Shown here: positions 1 through 11,151 of the stretch, piece by piece
Numbering within the stretch: position 1 is the first letter of the stretch
Layout of the letters: each line of letters opens with the position of its first letter
NCBI RefSeq assembly: GCF_008831285.2
Contig: NC_045138.2
Location: 13,020,001-13,084,000, forward strand
Length of the DNA stretch: 64,000 nucleotides
Reading direction: 5' to 3'
Source: Nymphaea colorata
Lineage: Eukaryota
Notes under the pieces: generated by a model
The model's database searches: none
Told to the model about the DNA's origin: nothing
What the model saw: only the letters and a program-made list of their open reading frames with translations
Translations under genes and position numbers: made by a program

Positions 1-3000
1 CCAACATCCCAGACCAGATCAGGTGAGACCTCTGATCTCGACCATTGGTCGAAATCCCAAATCCAACATCCCAAACCGGATTGGATGAGACCTCTAATCC
101 GTATCACATATATAAGTTTAAAATCCAACGTCCTAGACCATTTAAAATCAGACTTGTATTTTAAATCTTAGGATGGAATCCCAAATTCCATTTGGCAAGC
201 CGGACTAGATCGGACCTCTCATCTATCTCTTATATCAAAATTTCACATCACGTCTCATATATTCGGTCACATGAAACGGATGGGTGGCTTTTTGATTTCC
301 TGTAAATTCTTTTCACATCCCTTAGGAGTTTTTGAAATCTCTTGAAGAATATTACTTTGTCTATATAGATCATCGAATCTTCTCAATTCCTTGTATTTGA
401 TTTAAAATATTTCCTAAATGCTTGTCAAATTCTCGAAGTTTTTCAATGCACTTTTCCATTTTGATGTTTGTTGGTTATAGTGGATTGAATGAATTTTTAA
501 AATGATTTTAAGCGTGGTGTAAAGTAGAGGTTCGAGTTTTAAAGTTCAAAATCCAATCAACTAGACCTCCAATCAGAAGCTTTGGTCTAAATCCTGCATG
601 CAACATGCTAGACCGGATCAGTGCTGACCTCTGATTCAAACATTAGCTCCGAATCCCTAATTCAACACCTCATACCAGATCAGATTAGACCTCTGATCTA
701 TTTCTTAGATGCAAACCCTAAATCAAACGTCATAGAACCGATACAAATGGTTTATGAATCTTTGAAATCGTTTCCTGTTTTATAAATCTTTGAAACCACT
801 CTCTAAGTTTTCCAAAATTTTGTAAATTGACTTCAAATTCTTATTATTGATTTTCTTGGAATTTTCTCAATTTCACCAGAGATCTTCAATTTTTTTGGAT
901 TTGATTTCGCACTTCTCTTAAATCATTGCTAAATTCTCAAGTTTGTAAATGCACCTTTCAACTTTTAGGTTTCTAAATTCCATTGGATTGTATGTATACT
1001 CAAAGCGATTTTAAACATGGTCTAGACTGGGATAATATTTAAAATTCACATCCACATTAAAAATATACATTCGACATCTTAGAGCGGATAAGGTGAGATC
1101 TATGTTCCAGCTGGTTGTTCAAAATCTTGAGTCCAACATCCCAGACCGGATCAGGTGAGACCTCTGATCTTGACCGTTTTTTCGAAATCCCAAATCCAAC
1201 ATCCAAACCGGATTGGATGAGACCTCTAATCCGTATCATATATATATTGAAAATCTTGAATCCAACATCCCAGACCAGATCAGGTGAGACCTCTGATCTT
1301 GACCATTGGTCGAAATCCCAAATCCAACATCCAAACCGGATTGGATGAGACCTCTAATCCGTATCACATATATAAGTTTAAAATCCAACGTCCTAGACCA
1401 TTTAAAATCAGACTTGTATTTTAAATCTTAGGTGGAATCCCAAATTCCATTTGGCAAGCCGGACTAGATCGGACCTCTCATCTATCTCTTATATCAAAAT
1501 TTCACATCACGTCTCATATATTCGGTCCATGAAACGATGGGTGGCTTTTTATTTCCTGTAAATTCTTTTCACATCCCTTAGGAGTTTTTGAAATCACTTG
1601 AAGAATATTACTTTGTCTATATAGATCATCGAATCTTCTCAATTCCTTGTATTTGATTTAAAATATTTCCTAAATGCTTGTCAAATTCTCAAGTTTTTCA
1701 ATGCACTTTCATTTTGATGTTTGTTGGTTATAGTGGATTGAATGAATTTTTAAAATGATTTTAAGCGTGGTGTAAAGTAGAGGTTCGAGTATTAAAGTTC
1801 AAAATCCAATCAACTAGACCTCCAATCAGAAGCTTCGAACCCTAAATCAAACGTCATAGAACCGATACAAATGGTTTATGAATCTTTGAAATCGTTTCCT
1901 GTTTTATAAATCTTTGAAACCACTCTCTAAGTTTTCCAAAATTTTGTAAATTGACATCAAATTCTTATTATTGATTTTCTTGGAATTTTCTCAATTTCGC
2001 CAGAGATCTTCAATTTTTTTGGATTTGATTTCGCACTTCTCTTAAATCATTGCTAAATTCTCAAGTTTGTAAATGCACCTTCAACTTTTAGGTTTCTAAA
2101 TTCCATTGGATCGTATGTATACTCAAACGATTTTAAACATGGTCTAGACTGGGATAATATTTAAAATTCACATCCACATTAAAATATACATTCGACATCT
2201 TAGACGGATAAGGTGAGATCTATGTTCCAGCTGGTTGTTCAAAATCTTGAGTCCAACATCCCAGACCGGATCAGGTGAGACCTCTGATCTTGACCCAGAT
2301 ATGAGACTCTATCGTATTAATTTGTCCAAATCCAACAAATCCAACATCCCAAACAAACCGGATTGGATGAGACCTCTAATCCGTATCACATATATAAGTT
2401 TAAAATCCAACGTCCTAGACCATTTAAAATCAGACTTGTATTTTAAATCTTAGGATGGAATCCCAAATTCCATTTGGCAAGCCGGACTAGATCGGACCTC
2501 TCATCTATCTCTTATATCAAAATTTCACATCACGTCTCATATATTCGGTCACATGAAACGGATGGGTGGCTTTTTAATTTCCTGTAAATTCTTTTCACAT
2601 CCCTTAGGAGTTTTTGAAATCACTTGAAGAATATTACTTTGTCTATATAGATCATCGAATCTTCTCAATTCCTTGTATTTGATTTAAAATATTTCCTAAA
2701 TGCTTGTCAAATTCTCGAAGTTTTTCAATGCACTTTTCATTTTGATGTTTGTTGGTTATAGTGGATTGAATGAATTTTTAAAATGATTTTAAGCGTGGTG
2801 TAAAGTAGAGGTTCGAGTTTTAAAGTTCAAAATCCAATCCAACATTTGAGACTGTAGAAAACTAGACCTCCAATCAGAAGCTTTGGTCTAAATCCTGCAT
2901 GCAACATCCTAGACCGGATCAGTGCTGACCTCTGATCCAAACATTAGCTCTGAATCCCTAATTCAACACCTCATAGCAAATCAGATTAGACCTCTGATCT

Positions 3001-6000
3001 ATTTTTAGATGCAAACCCTAAATCAAACGTCATAGAACCGAAACAAATGGTTTATGAATCTTTGAAATCGTTTCCTGTTTTATAAATCTTTGAAACCACT
3101 CTCTAAGTTTTCCAAAATTTTGTAAATTGACATCAAATTCTAATTATTGATTTTCTTGGAATTTTCTCAATTTCACCAGAGATCTTCAATTTTTTTGGAT
3201 TTGATTTCGCACTTCTCTTAAATCATTGCTAAATTCTCAAGTTTGTAAATGCACCTCTCAACTTTTAGGTTTCTAAATTCCTTTGGATCGTATGTATACT
3301 CAAAACGATTTTAAACATGGTCTAGACTTGGGTTAATATTTGAAAATTCACATCCACATTCAAAATATACATTCGACATCCTAGACCGGATAAGGTGAGA
3401 TCTATGTTCCAGCTGGTTGTTCAAAATCTTGAGTCCAACATCCCAGACCGGATTAGGTGAGACCTCTAATCTTGACCGTTTTTTCGAAATCCCAAATCCA
3501 ACATCCCAAACCGGATTGGATGAGACCTCTAATCCGTATCATATATATATTCAAAATCTTGAATCCAACATCCCAGACCAGATCAGGTGAGACCTCTGAT
3601 CTTGACCATTGGTCGAAATCCCAAATCCAACATCCCAAACCGGATTGGATGAGACCTCTAATCCGTATCACATATATAAGTTTAAAATCCAACGTCCTAG
3701 ACCATTTAAGATGAGACTTCTATTTTAAATCTTAGGATGTTATCCCAAATTCCATTTGGCAATGAGGACTAGATCGGACCTCTCATCTATCTCTTATATC
3801 AAAATTTCAAATCCCGTCTCATATATTTGGTCACATGAATCAGATGGGTGGCTTTTTGATTTCCTGTAAATTCTTTTCACATCCCTTAGGAGTTTTTGAA
3901 ATCACTTGAAGAATATTACTTTGTCTATATAGATCATCGAATCTTCTCAATTCCTTGTATTTGATTTAAAATATTTCCTAAATGCTTGTCAAATTCTCAA
4001 AGTTTTTCAATGCACTTTTCCATTTTGATGTTTGTTGGTTATAGTGGATTGAATGAATTTTTAAAATGATTTTAAGCGTGGTGTAAAGTGGAGGTTCGAG
4101 TTTAAAATTTCAAAATCCAATCAACTAGACCTCCAATCAGAAGCTTTGGTCTAAATCCTGCATGCAACATGCTAGACCGGATCAGTGCTGACCTCTGATT
4201 CAAACATTAGCTCCGAATCCCTAATTCAACACCTCATACCAGATCAGATTAGACATCTGATCTATTTCTTAGATGCAAACCCTAAATCAAACGTCATAGA
4301 ACCGATACAAATGGTTTATGAATCTTTGAAATCGTTTCCTGTTTTATAAATCTTTGAAACCACTCTCTAAGTTTTCCAAAATTTTGTAAATTGACTTCAA
4401 ATTCTTATTATTGATTTTCTTGGAATTTTCTCAATTTCACCAGAGATCTTCAATTTTATTGGATTTGATTTCGCACTTCTCTTAAATCATTGCTAAATTC
4501 TCAAGTTTGTAAATGTACCTTTCAACTTTTAGGTTTCTAAATTCCATTGGATCGTATGTATACTCGAAACGATTTTAAACGTGGTCTAGACTGGGGCTAA
4601 TATTTTAAAATTCACATCCACATTAAAAATATACATTCGACATCTTAGACCGGATAAGGTGAGATCTATGTTCCAGCTGGTTGTTCAAAATTTTGAGTCC
4701 AACATCCCAGACCGGATCAGGTGAGACCTCTGATCTTGACCGTTTTTTCGAAATTCCAAATCCAACATCCCAAACCGGATTGGATGAGACCTCTAATCCA
4801 TATCATATATATATTCAAAATCTTGAATCCAACATCCCAGACCAGATCAGGTGAGACCTCTGATCTTGACCATTGGTCGAAATCCCAAATCCAACATCCC
4901 AAACCGGATTGGATGAGACCTCTAATCCGTATCACATATATAAGTTTAAAATCCAACGTCCTAGACCATTTAAAATGAGACTTCTATTTTAAATCTTAGG
5001 ATGTTATCCCAAATTCCATTTGGCAAGCCGGACTAGATCGAACCTCTCATCTATCTCTTATATCAAAATTTCAAATCCCGTCTCATATATTTGGTCACAT
5101 GAAACGGATGGGTGGCTTTTTGATTTCCTGTAAATTCTTTTAACATCCCTTAGGAGTTTTTGAAATCACTTGAAGAATATTACTTTGTCTATATAGATCA
5201 TCGAATCTTCTCAATTCCTTGTATTTGATTTAAAATATTTCATAAATGCTTGTCAAATTATCAAAGTTTTTCAATGCACTTTTCCATTTTGATGTTTGTT
5301 GGTTATAGTGGATTGAATGAATTTTTAAAATGATTTTAAGCATGGTGTAAAGTGGAGGTTCGAGTTTTAAAGTTCAAAATCCAATCAACTAGACCTCCAA
5401 TCAGAAGCTTTGGTCTAAATCCTGCATGCAACATGCTAGACCGGATCAGTGCTGACCTCTGATTCAAACATTAGCTCCGAATCCCTAATTCAACACCTCA
5501 TACCAGATCAGATTAGACCTCTGATCTATTTCTTAGATGCAAACCCTAAATCAAACGTCATAGAACCGATACAAATGGTTTATGAATCTTTGAAATCGTT
5601 TCCTGTTTTATAAATCTTTGAAACCACTCTCTAAGTTTTCCAAAATTTTGTAAATTGACTTCAAATTCTTATTATTGATTTTCTTGGAATTTTCTCAATT
5701 TCACCAGAGATCTTCAATTTTATTGGATTTGATTTCGCACTTCTCTTAAATCATTGCTAAATTCTCAAGTTTGTAAATGTACCTTTCAACTTTTAGGTTT
5801 CTAAATTCCATTGGATCGTATGTATACTCGAAACGATTTTAAACGTGGTCTAGACTGGGGCTAATATTTTAAAATTCACATCCACATTAAAAATATACAT
5901 TCGACATCTTAGACCGGATAAGGTGAGATCTATGTTCCAGCTGGTTGTTCAAAATTTTGAGTCCAACATCCCAGACCGGATCAGGTGAGACCTCTGATCT

Positions 6001-7504
6001 TGACCGTTTTTTCGAAATTCCAAATCCAACATCCCAAACCGGATTGGATGAGACCTCTAATCCATATCATATATATATTCAAAATCTTGAATCCAACATC
6101 CCTGACCAGATCAGGTGAGACCTCTGATCTTGACCATTGGTCGAAATCCCAAATCCAACATCCCAAACCGGATTGGATGAGACCTCTAATCCGTATCACA
6201 TATATAAGTTTAAAATCCAACGTCCTAGACCATTTAAAATGAGACTTCTATTTTAAATCTTAGGATGTTATCCCAAATTCCATTTGGCAAGCCGGACTAG
6301 ATCGAACCTCTCATCTATCTCTTATATCAAAATTTCAAATCCCGTCTCATATATTTGGTCACATGAAACGGATGGGTGGCTTTTTGATTTCCTGTAAATT
6401 CTTTTAACATCCCTTAGGAGTTTTTGAAATCACTTGAAGAATATTACTTTGTCTATATAGATCATCGAATCTTCTCAATTCCTTGTATTTGATTTAAAAT
6501 ATTTCCTAAATGCTTGTCAAATTCTCAAAGTTTTTCAATGCACTTTTTCATTTTGATGTTTGTTGGTTATAGTGGATTGAATGAATTTTTCAAATGATTT
6601 TAAGCGTGGTGTAAAGTGGAGGTTCGAGTTTTAAAGTTCAAAATCCAATCAACTAGACCTCCAATCAGAAGCTTTGGTCTAAATCCTGCATGCAACATTC
6701 TAGACCGGATCAGTGCTGACCTCTGATTCAAACATTAGCTCCGAATCCCTAATTCAACACCTCATACCAGATCAGATTAGACCTCTGATCTATTTCTTAG
6801 ATGCAAACCCTAAATCAAACGTCATAGAACCGATACAAATGGTTTATGAATCTTTGAAATCGTTTCCTGTTTTATAAATCTTTGAAACCACTCTCTAAGT
6901 TTTCCAAAATTTTGTAAATTGACTTCAAATTCTTATTATTGATTTTCTTAGAATTTTCTCAATTTCACCAGAGATCTTCAATTTTTTTGGATTTGATTTG
7001 GTACTTCTCTTAAATCATTGCTAAATTCTCAAGTTTGTAAATGCACCTTTCAACTTTTAGGTTTCTAAATTCCATTGGATTGTATGTATACTCAAAGCGA
7101 TTTTAAACATGGTCTAGACTGGGGTTAATATTTTAAAATTCACATCCAGATTAAAAATATACATTCGACATCTTAGACCGGATAGGGTGAGATCTATGTT
7201 CCAGCTGGTTGTTCAAAATCTTGAGTCCAACATCCCAGACCGGATCAGGTGAGACCTCTGATCTTGACCGTTTTTTCGAAATTCCAAATCCAACATCCCA
7301 AATCGGATTGGATGAGACCTCTAATCCGTATCATATATATATTCAAAATCTTGAATCCAACATCCCTGACCAGATCAGGTGAGACCTTTGATCTTGACCA
7401 TTGGTCGAAATCCCAAATCCAACATCCCAAACCGGATTGGATGAGACCTCTAATCCGTATCACATATATAAGTTTAAAATGCAACTTAAAATCAGACTTC
7501 TATT
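1..7504. repeat. Tandem array 1 of a ~1.26-kb unit (~6 units visible; begins before the window)
   Basis: The marker TTTTAAAC(A/G)TGGTCTAGA recurs at ~1009, 2130, 3309, 4573, 5837 and 7101. The last three periods are 1264 bp, and the ORF track repeats at 3457/4721/5985/7249. The two earlier units carry internal deletions (~1836, ~2295-2355). Confidence 0.97.
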
Positions 7505-8026
7505 CTATAGGTTCCAAAGTTGGATCATCTAATAGCTTAGGCATATATAGCTTAGGCATATATGCAGTGTGTAATGCAGATTTTTTCTCCATTTTGCGGT
7601 TTATTTTATTTTCTTTTGGAGTGTTATATAGACTTTCTAACTTTTTCAAATCATTGCGCAGAAAACATAAATTTCTCTTTCTAATAAAAAGTTAGTGCTT
7701 TGCTTTGCATATGAATCAATTTTATGTCCATGGTTGGAGTCTTGTGCATGCACACTTCCTCTCCAGTAGATTTCATGCATACATAATTTTGGTTTCAAAG
7801 AACTTTGGTAGCTTCTCTCGCTTTCCTTCTACTATATCCCCTACTCTTAGTCATACTATATTATCGTCATTTACATTTCAAGACTTCATATCAGGGGGAC
7901 TATCAATCACCCTTCCCTCAAACCTTAACGTGTCCTCAAGGTGTCAACTCTGGAAGGCATTGGTGCAGTTAGGGGAGCTTGATAATTTTGGCTGTTTACT
8001 TAGTACAAGAGCCGATTGTCCAACTA
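7505..8026. repeat. Duplicated block A, copy 1 (matches 38382-38888)
   Basis: Near-identical sequence directly after each array. Copy 1 has an extra 15-bp tandem duplication (ATAGCTTAGGCATAT, ~7532-7563). Confidence 0.95.
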
Positions 8027-8040
8027 TGAACAGCTTGTTA

Positions 8041-8157
8041 GAGTCCTTCTTACCATAGCTATAGCTGGAACTATGCGAGACAAAGTAGTTCCAATGGGGA
8101 GTCCATCTTACCATAGCTATATCTGGAACTATGCGAGACAAAGTAGTTCCAATGGGG
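8041..8157. repeat. 58-bp tandem duplication (single in copy 2)
   Basis: GAGTCC...CCAATGGG occurs at 8041 and 8099, but only once at ~51909. Confidence 0.9.
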
Positions 8158-8276
8158 CAGGCTGAACTCTCTAAAGATGCTACCATTGGGTATCAATTTT
8201 TTAAAACATGCTTGTGGGTAGAGAAAAAAAAAGACCGGAGAGTCACATTCCTGCTAGCAGTGTTGCATCAATATTA

Positions 8277-8424
8277 CCCCAAGCTTTAAGCTTTTAGGAG
8301 GGGTTGCACCTTAAGATCTTTGCAGCCCCAAGCTTTAAGCTTTTAGGAGGGGTTGCACCTTAAGATCTTTGCAGCCCCAAGCTTTAAGCTTTTAGGAGGG
8401 GTTGCACCTTAAGATCTTTGCAGC
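8277..8424. repeat. 49-bp tandem triplication (single in copy 2)
   Basis: CCCCAAGCTTTAAGCTTTTAGGAGGGGTTGCACCTTAAGATCTTTGCAG occurs at 8277, 8326 and 8375, but only once at 52081. Confidence 0.92.
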
Positions 8425-8839
8425 TGTCATGGTAGCTTGAACAGGCAATAGGCATTGTTGATAAAAGGGAGACAGAGTTAAGAATGATCCAGGCAGAATT
8501 GGAGAGGGGGCATGTAGGTGACCGAATGGTTACAAGCATTGTATCTGTCGGAGGGGGAACGAGACGGAAGCCTATAATAAATCTGAAAAGAAATGAATGA
8601 CGCATTCTCTGTGAAAGTAGGATCACATGTTCCTCGGAGTACTAAGCAGGTAGAGGGGCATATATCACAATTTAGGCATTTCCAAACCTTTAAAGATAAG
8701 TGAAGAGATTGCTCAGCCTTCAAGAATGATGAGTACCTTTCTTAATCTCCTGAGGCACACCTTGTTGATGACCCATTTCCAACCAGTCACAGAAAACTCG
8801 TCTGAAGAGCACTTTGAAGTTAATTTCAAGGTTAGGCTA

Positions 8840-9380
8840 CATGATTCTGGGAAATTTTTGATGTGAGAACCATAAATGTAAAATCTCTTGTTCCTCAAGT
8901 TGGCACTATTCTCAACTCTGGGAGGATTCAAGATGCAACCTTCTATGTTCACAATGTAATTTTTGCGTCTTAATTTCAATTGAATTTCAAGTCCTTGTTA
9001 CAATCAATGATTTAAAATCTTGAGATCTAAAATTTCAAAATTTCACATCACCTGTCGGATTTTAGACATGAGGCAAAAATTTGGTCTTTACAAGCAGATT
9101 TTCCTTCTAGACTTCGGATTTCACGGTCGCAATAGCTTACGTTCATGATTCTGGCAAATTTTTGATGTGAGAACCATAAATGTAAAATCTCTTGTTCCTC
9201 AAGTTGGCACGATTCTCAACTCTGGGAGGATTCAAGATGCAACCTTCTATGTTCACAATGTAATTTTTGGGTCTTAATTTCAATTGAATTTCAAGTCCTT
9301 GTTACAATCAATGATTTAAAATCTTGAGATCTAAAATTTCAAAATTTCACATCACCTGTCGGATTTTAGACATGAGGCAA
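8840..9380. repeat. ~240-bp direct repeat pair (period ~305), also at ~52557-53097; diverged relative at ~19940-20150 and ~58440-58650
   Basis: CATGATTCTGG(G/C)AAATTTTTGATGTGAGAACC...GACATGAGGCAA is present twice. The relative retains CATGATTCTG..AAATT.TTGATGTGAGAAC and GATGCAACC. Confidence 0.85.
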
Positions 9381-9402
9381 TCAGTTGCCTTCATGTCTGT
9401 AA

Positions 9403-9640
9403 GGGAGCATTTGGTTGTATTTGATCTAAAATTCTAAAGGTTTTGAGAACTGTGAATTTAATATCAGACTTCCCCCCTCCAATCTTGCATCACACCTTTT
9501 CTTAATATCAAAGTATTTCAAGTTGAATCTAGTTTGATGAATCATGGATTTTACAAGAAATCTTATCACATCAGCAAAGACATGCAACATTAAATCCACG
9601 TCACATTCATGAATTTCAAATATGAATTATCAGATGCCCC
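9403..9640. mobile_element. Degenerate Tourist/PIF-like MITE candidate (also ~53120-53357)
   Basis: Left end TAA|GGGAGCATTTGGT, imperfect inverted right end ATCAGATGCCCC, AT-rich interior. The right TSD is not intact. Confidence 0.35.
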
Positions 9641-10865
9641 AAAGTTGATGCATGGATAGCTTTAAGCCAATTACACATGTTTTTGTTGACTTTCTGTGTT
9701 TTTCTTGAGACGATGCTTCTCATCCTCCATAGCATGACCCAAGCCCCTGCTCTTCTAGTTAAGAAAATTTTCCCTTTATTTATGTACCTTTTTTACAACC
9801 AATTTTTCTTTTTTTTAAAAAAAAAAACCTTTCTTTTTCTTGTTATTTCGAAAGGATGCATGCACATATGGACCAAAGTGTAGCGTCCTACGTCCTATCT
9901 GACTATTTCTTAATTTCTTCTTGAATCTGGGCAGCTAATTTCCCTTCTCTTTCGTTATCTTCTTTTTCGAGATTTGGTTTGACATTATCAATTAGTTTAG
10001 ATTAAGTGGTGCTGTTGGTTTTGCATTTTGAGATGAGGTCTACTTAACTTTGCGATGTTTTGATTATCAAGTTTTGCAGAAAAAGTAACAGAGAACAAAC
10101 AAACAGAGTAACTCATTGCCCAACAGAAAAAAAATATACTAGTCCGCAAAAATAACTAGGAATTGAGCTTCTCCATGCTCGGGCCGAAGGTTCACTACAA
10201 TAGACATTAGATCTAGAACGGGCCCGTCCTAAATCCAGCTATTAGAAGTTCTTACACTTCTGAAAACACCGCTGTTCACCATAAATCCTTGCGGCATCTT
10301 TCTTTCGTTTCTTTTCGAACCCTAAATCCTCCGCTGTCTCTCTCTCCCCCCCCCTTACACTCCATTGCTTGCCCTCTCTCACGATCAATCGTCACAACTC
10401 CCTCTCTTTCTCAAATCTAGATTTCTATCTCGATGAAACAATTTTTTTTCCAACAAAGATTTGCTTCACTAAATGCCAAGCAGAATCAGATTCACAAGAT
10501 TGAGGTAATGTGGCTCAAACTTGCCTATTTTCTGTTTCTTTCTAATCTCCTCTCTATCTCAATTACCGGTAACTTTACATTTGATTCACGGAGTTCGGTG
10601 TAATGGTTGGGTTTTTGTTATTTCATTCACGAATCTTTTCTGGTTCTGAATTTGTGTTTTTTCATTTTCGTCGTCTCCTTTCTGGCATTTATCCAGATTG
10701 ACCGAAATTAGCTGCAGAACCACGTCGCATCTGTCTATTTGCTTTATAACAAGAACTTGGGATCATTATTTCAAATTAAATTGAATGGATGCCGATGTTT
10801 GGAATGGCAATATGGTTTCCAGAATGAAAGTGCAAATCGATAACGCAAACGGTGCAAATGGTGTA

Positions 10866-11151
10866 TGTAGAAACACGAACCACACAGAGAGAAAGTGGAG
10901 AACGAACACACAATCTACGTGGAAAACCTCAGAAAGAGGTGAAAAACCACGGGGAGGCTCTGACCTAGGGGCACACCGCAACCCTAGGAGAGAGAAAATT
11001 ATATTTCACTTAATTCAACACTAAACACAAGTGACAATATAAAGAGGGAGAGAGGAGAAGCCGCCTAGGGTACCGAGCCCACCTCGGTACCCGCACCCCA
11101 TAGAACCGGGTCCAGGAATGGATCCGGTTCCCACAGCAACATATTCTAACA
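10866..11151 (-). repeat. 3' LTR (286 bp)
   Basis: Reads TGTTAGAATATG...TTTCTACA on the minus strand. Three substitutions relative to 15819-16104. Confidence 0.97.

Noticed and set aside
4640..5060. CRISPR-like look: palindromic ~38-bp repeats separated by ~25-bp linkers
   Set aside because: The linkers are re-used in every unit and related to each other, the repeats are degenerate, there are no cas genes, and the context is eukaryotic.
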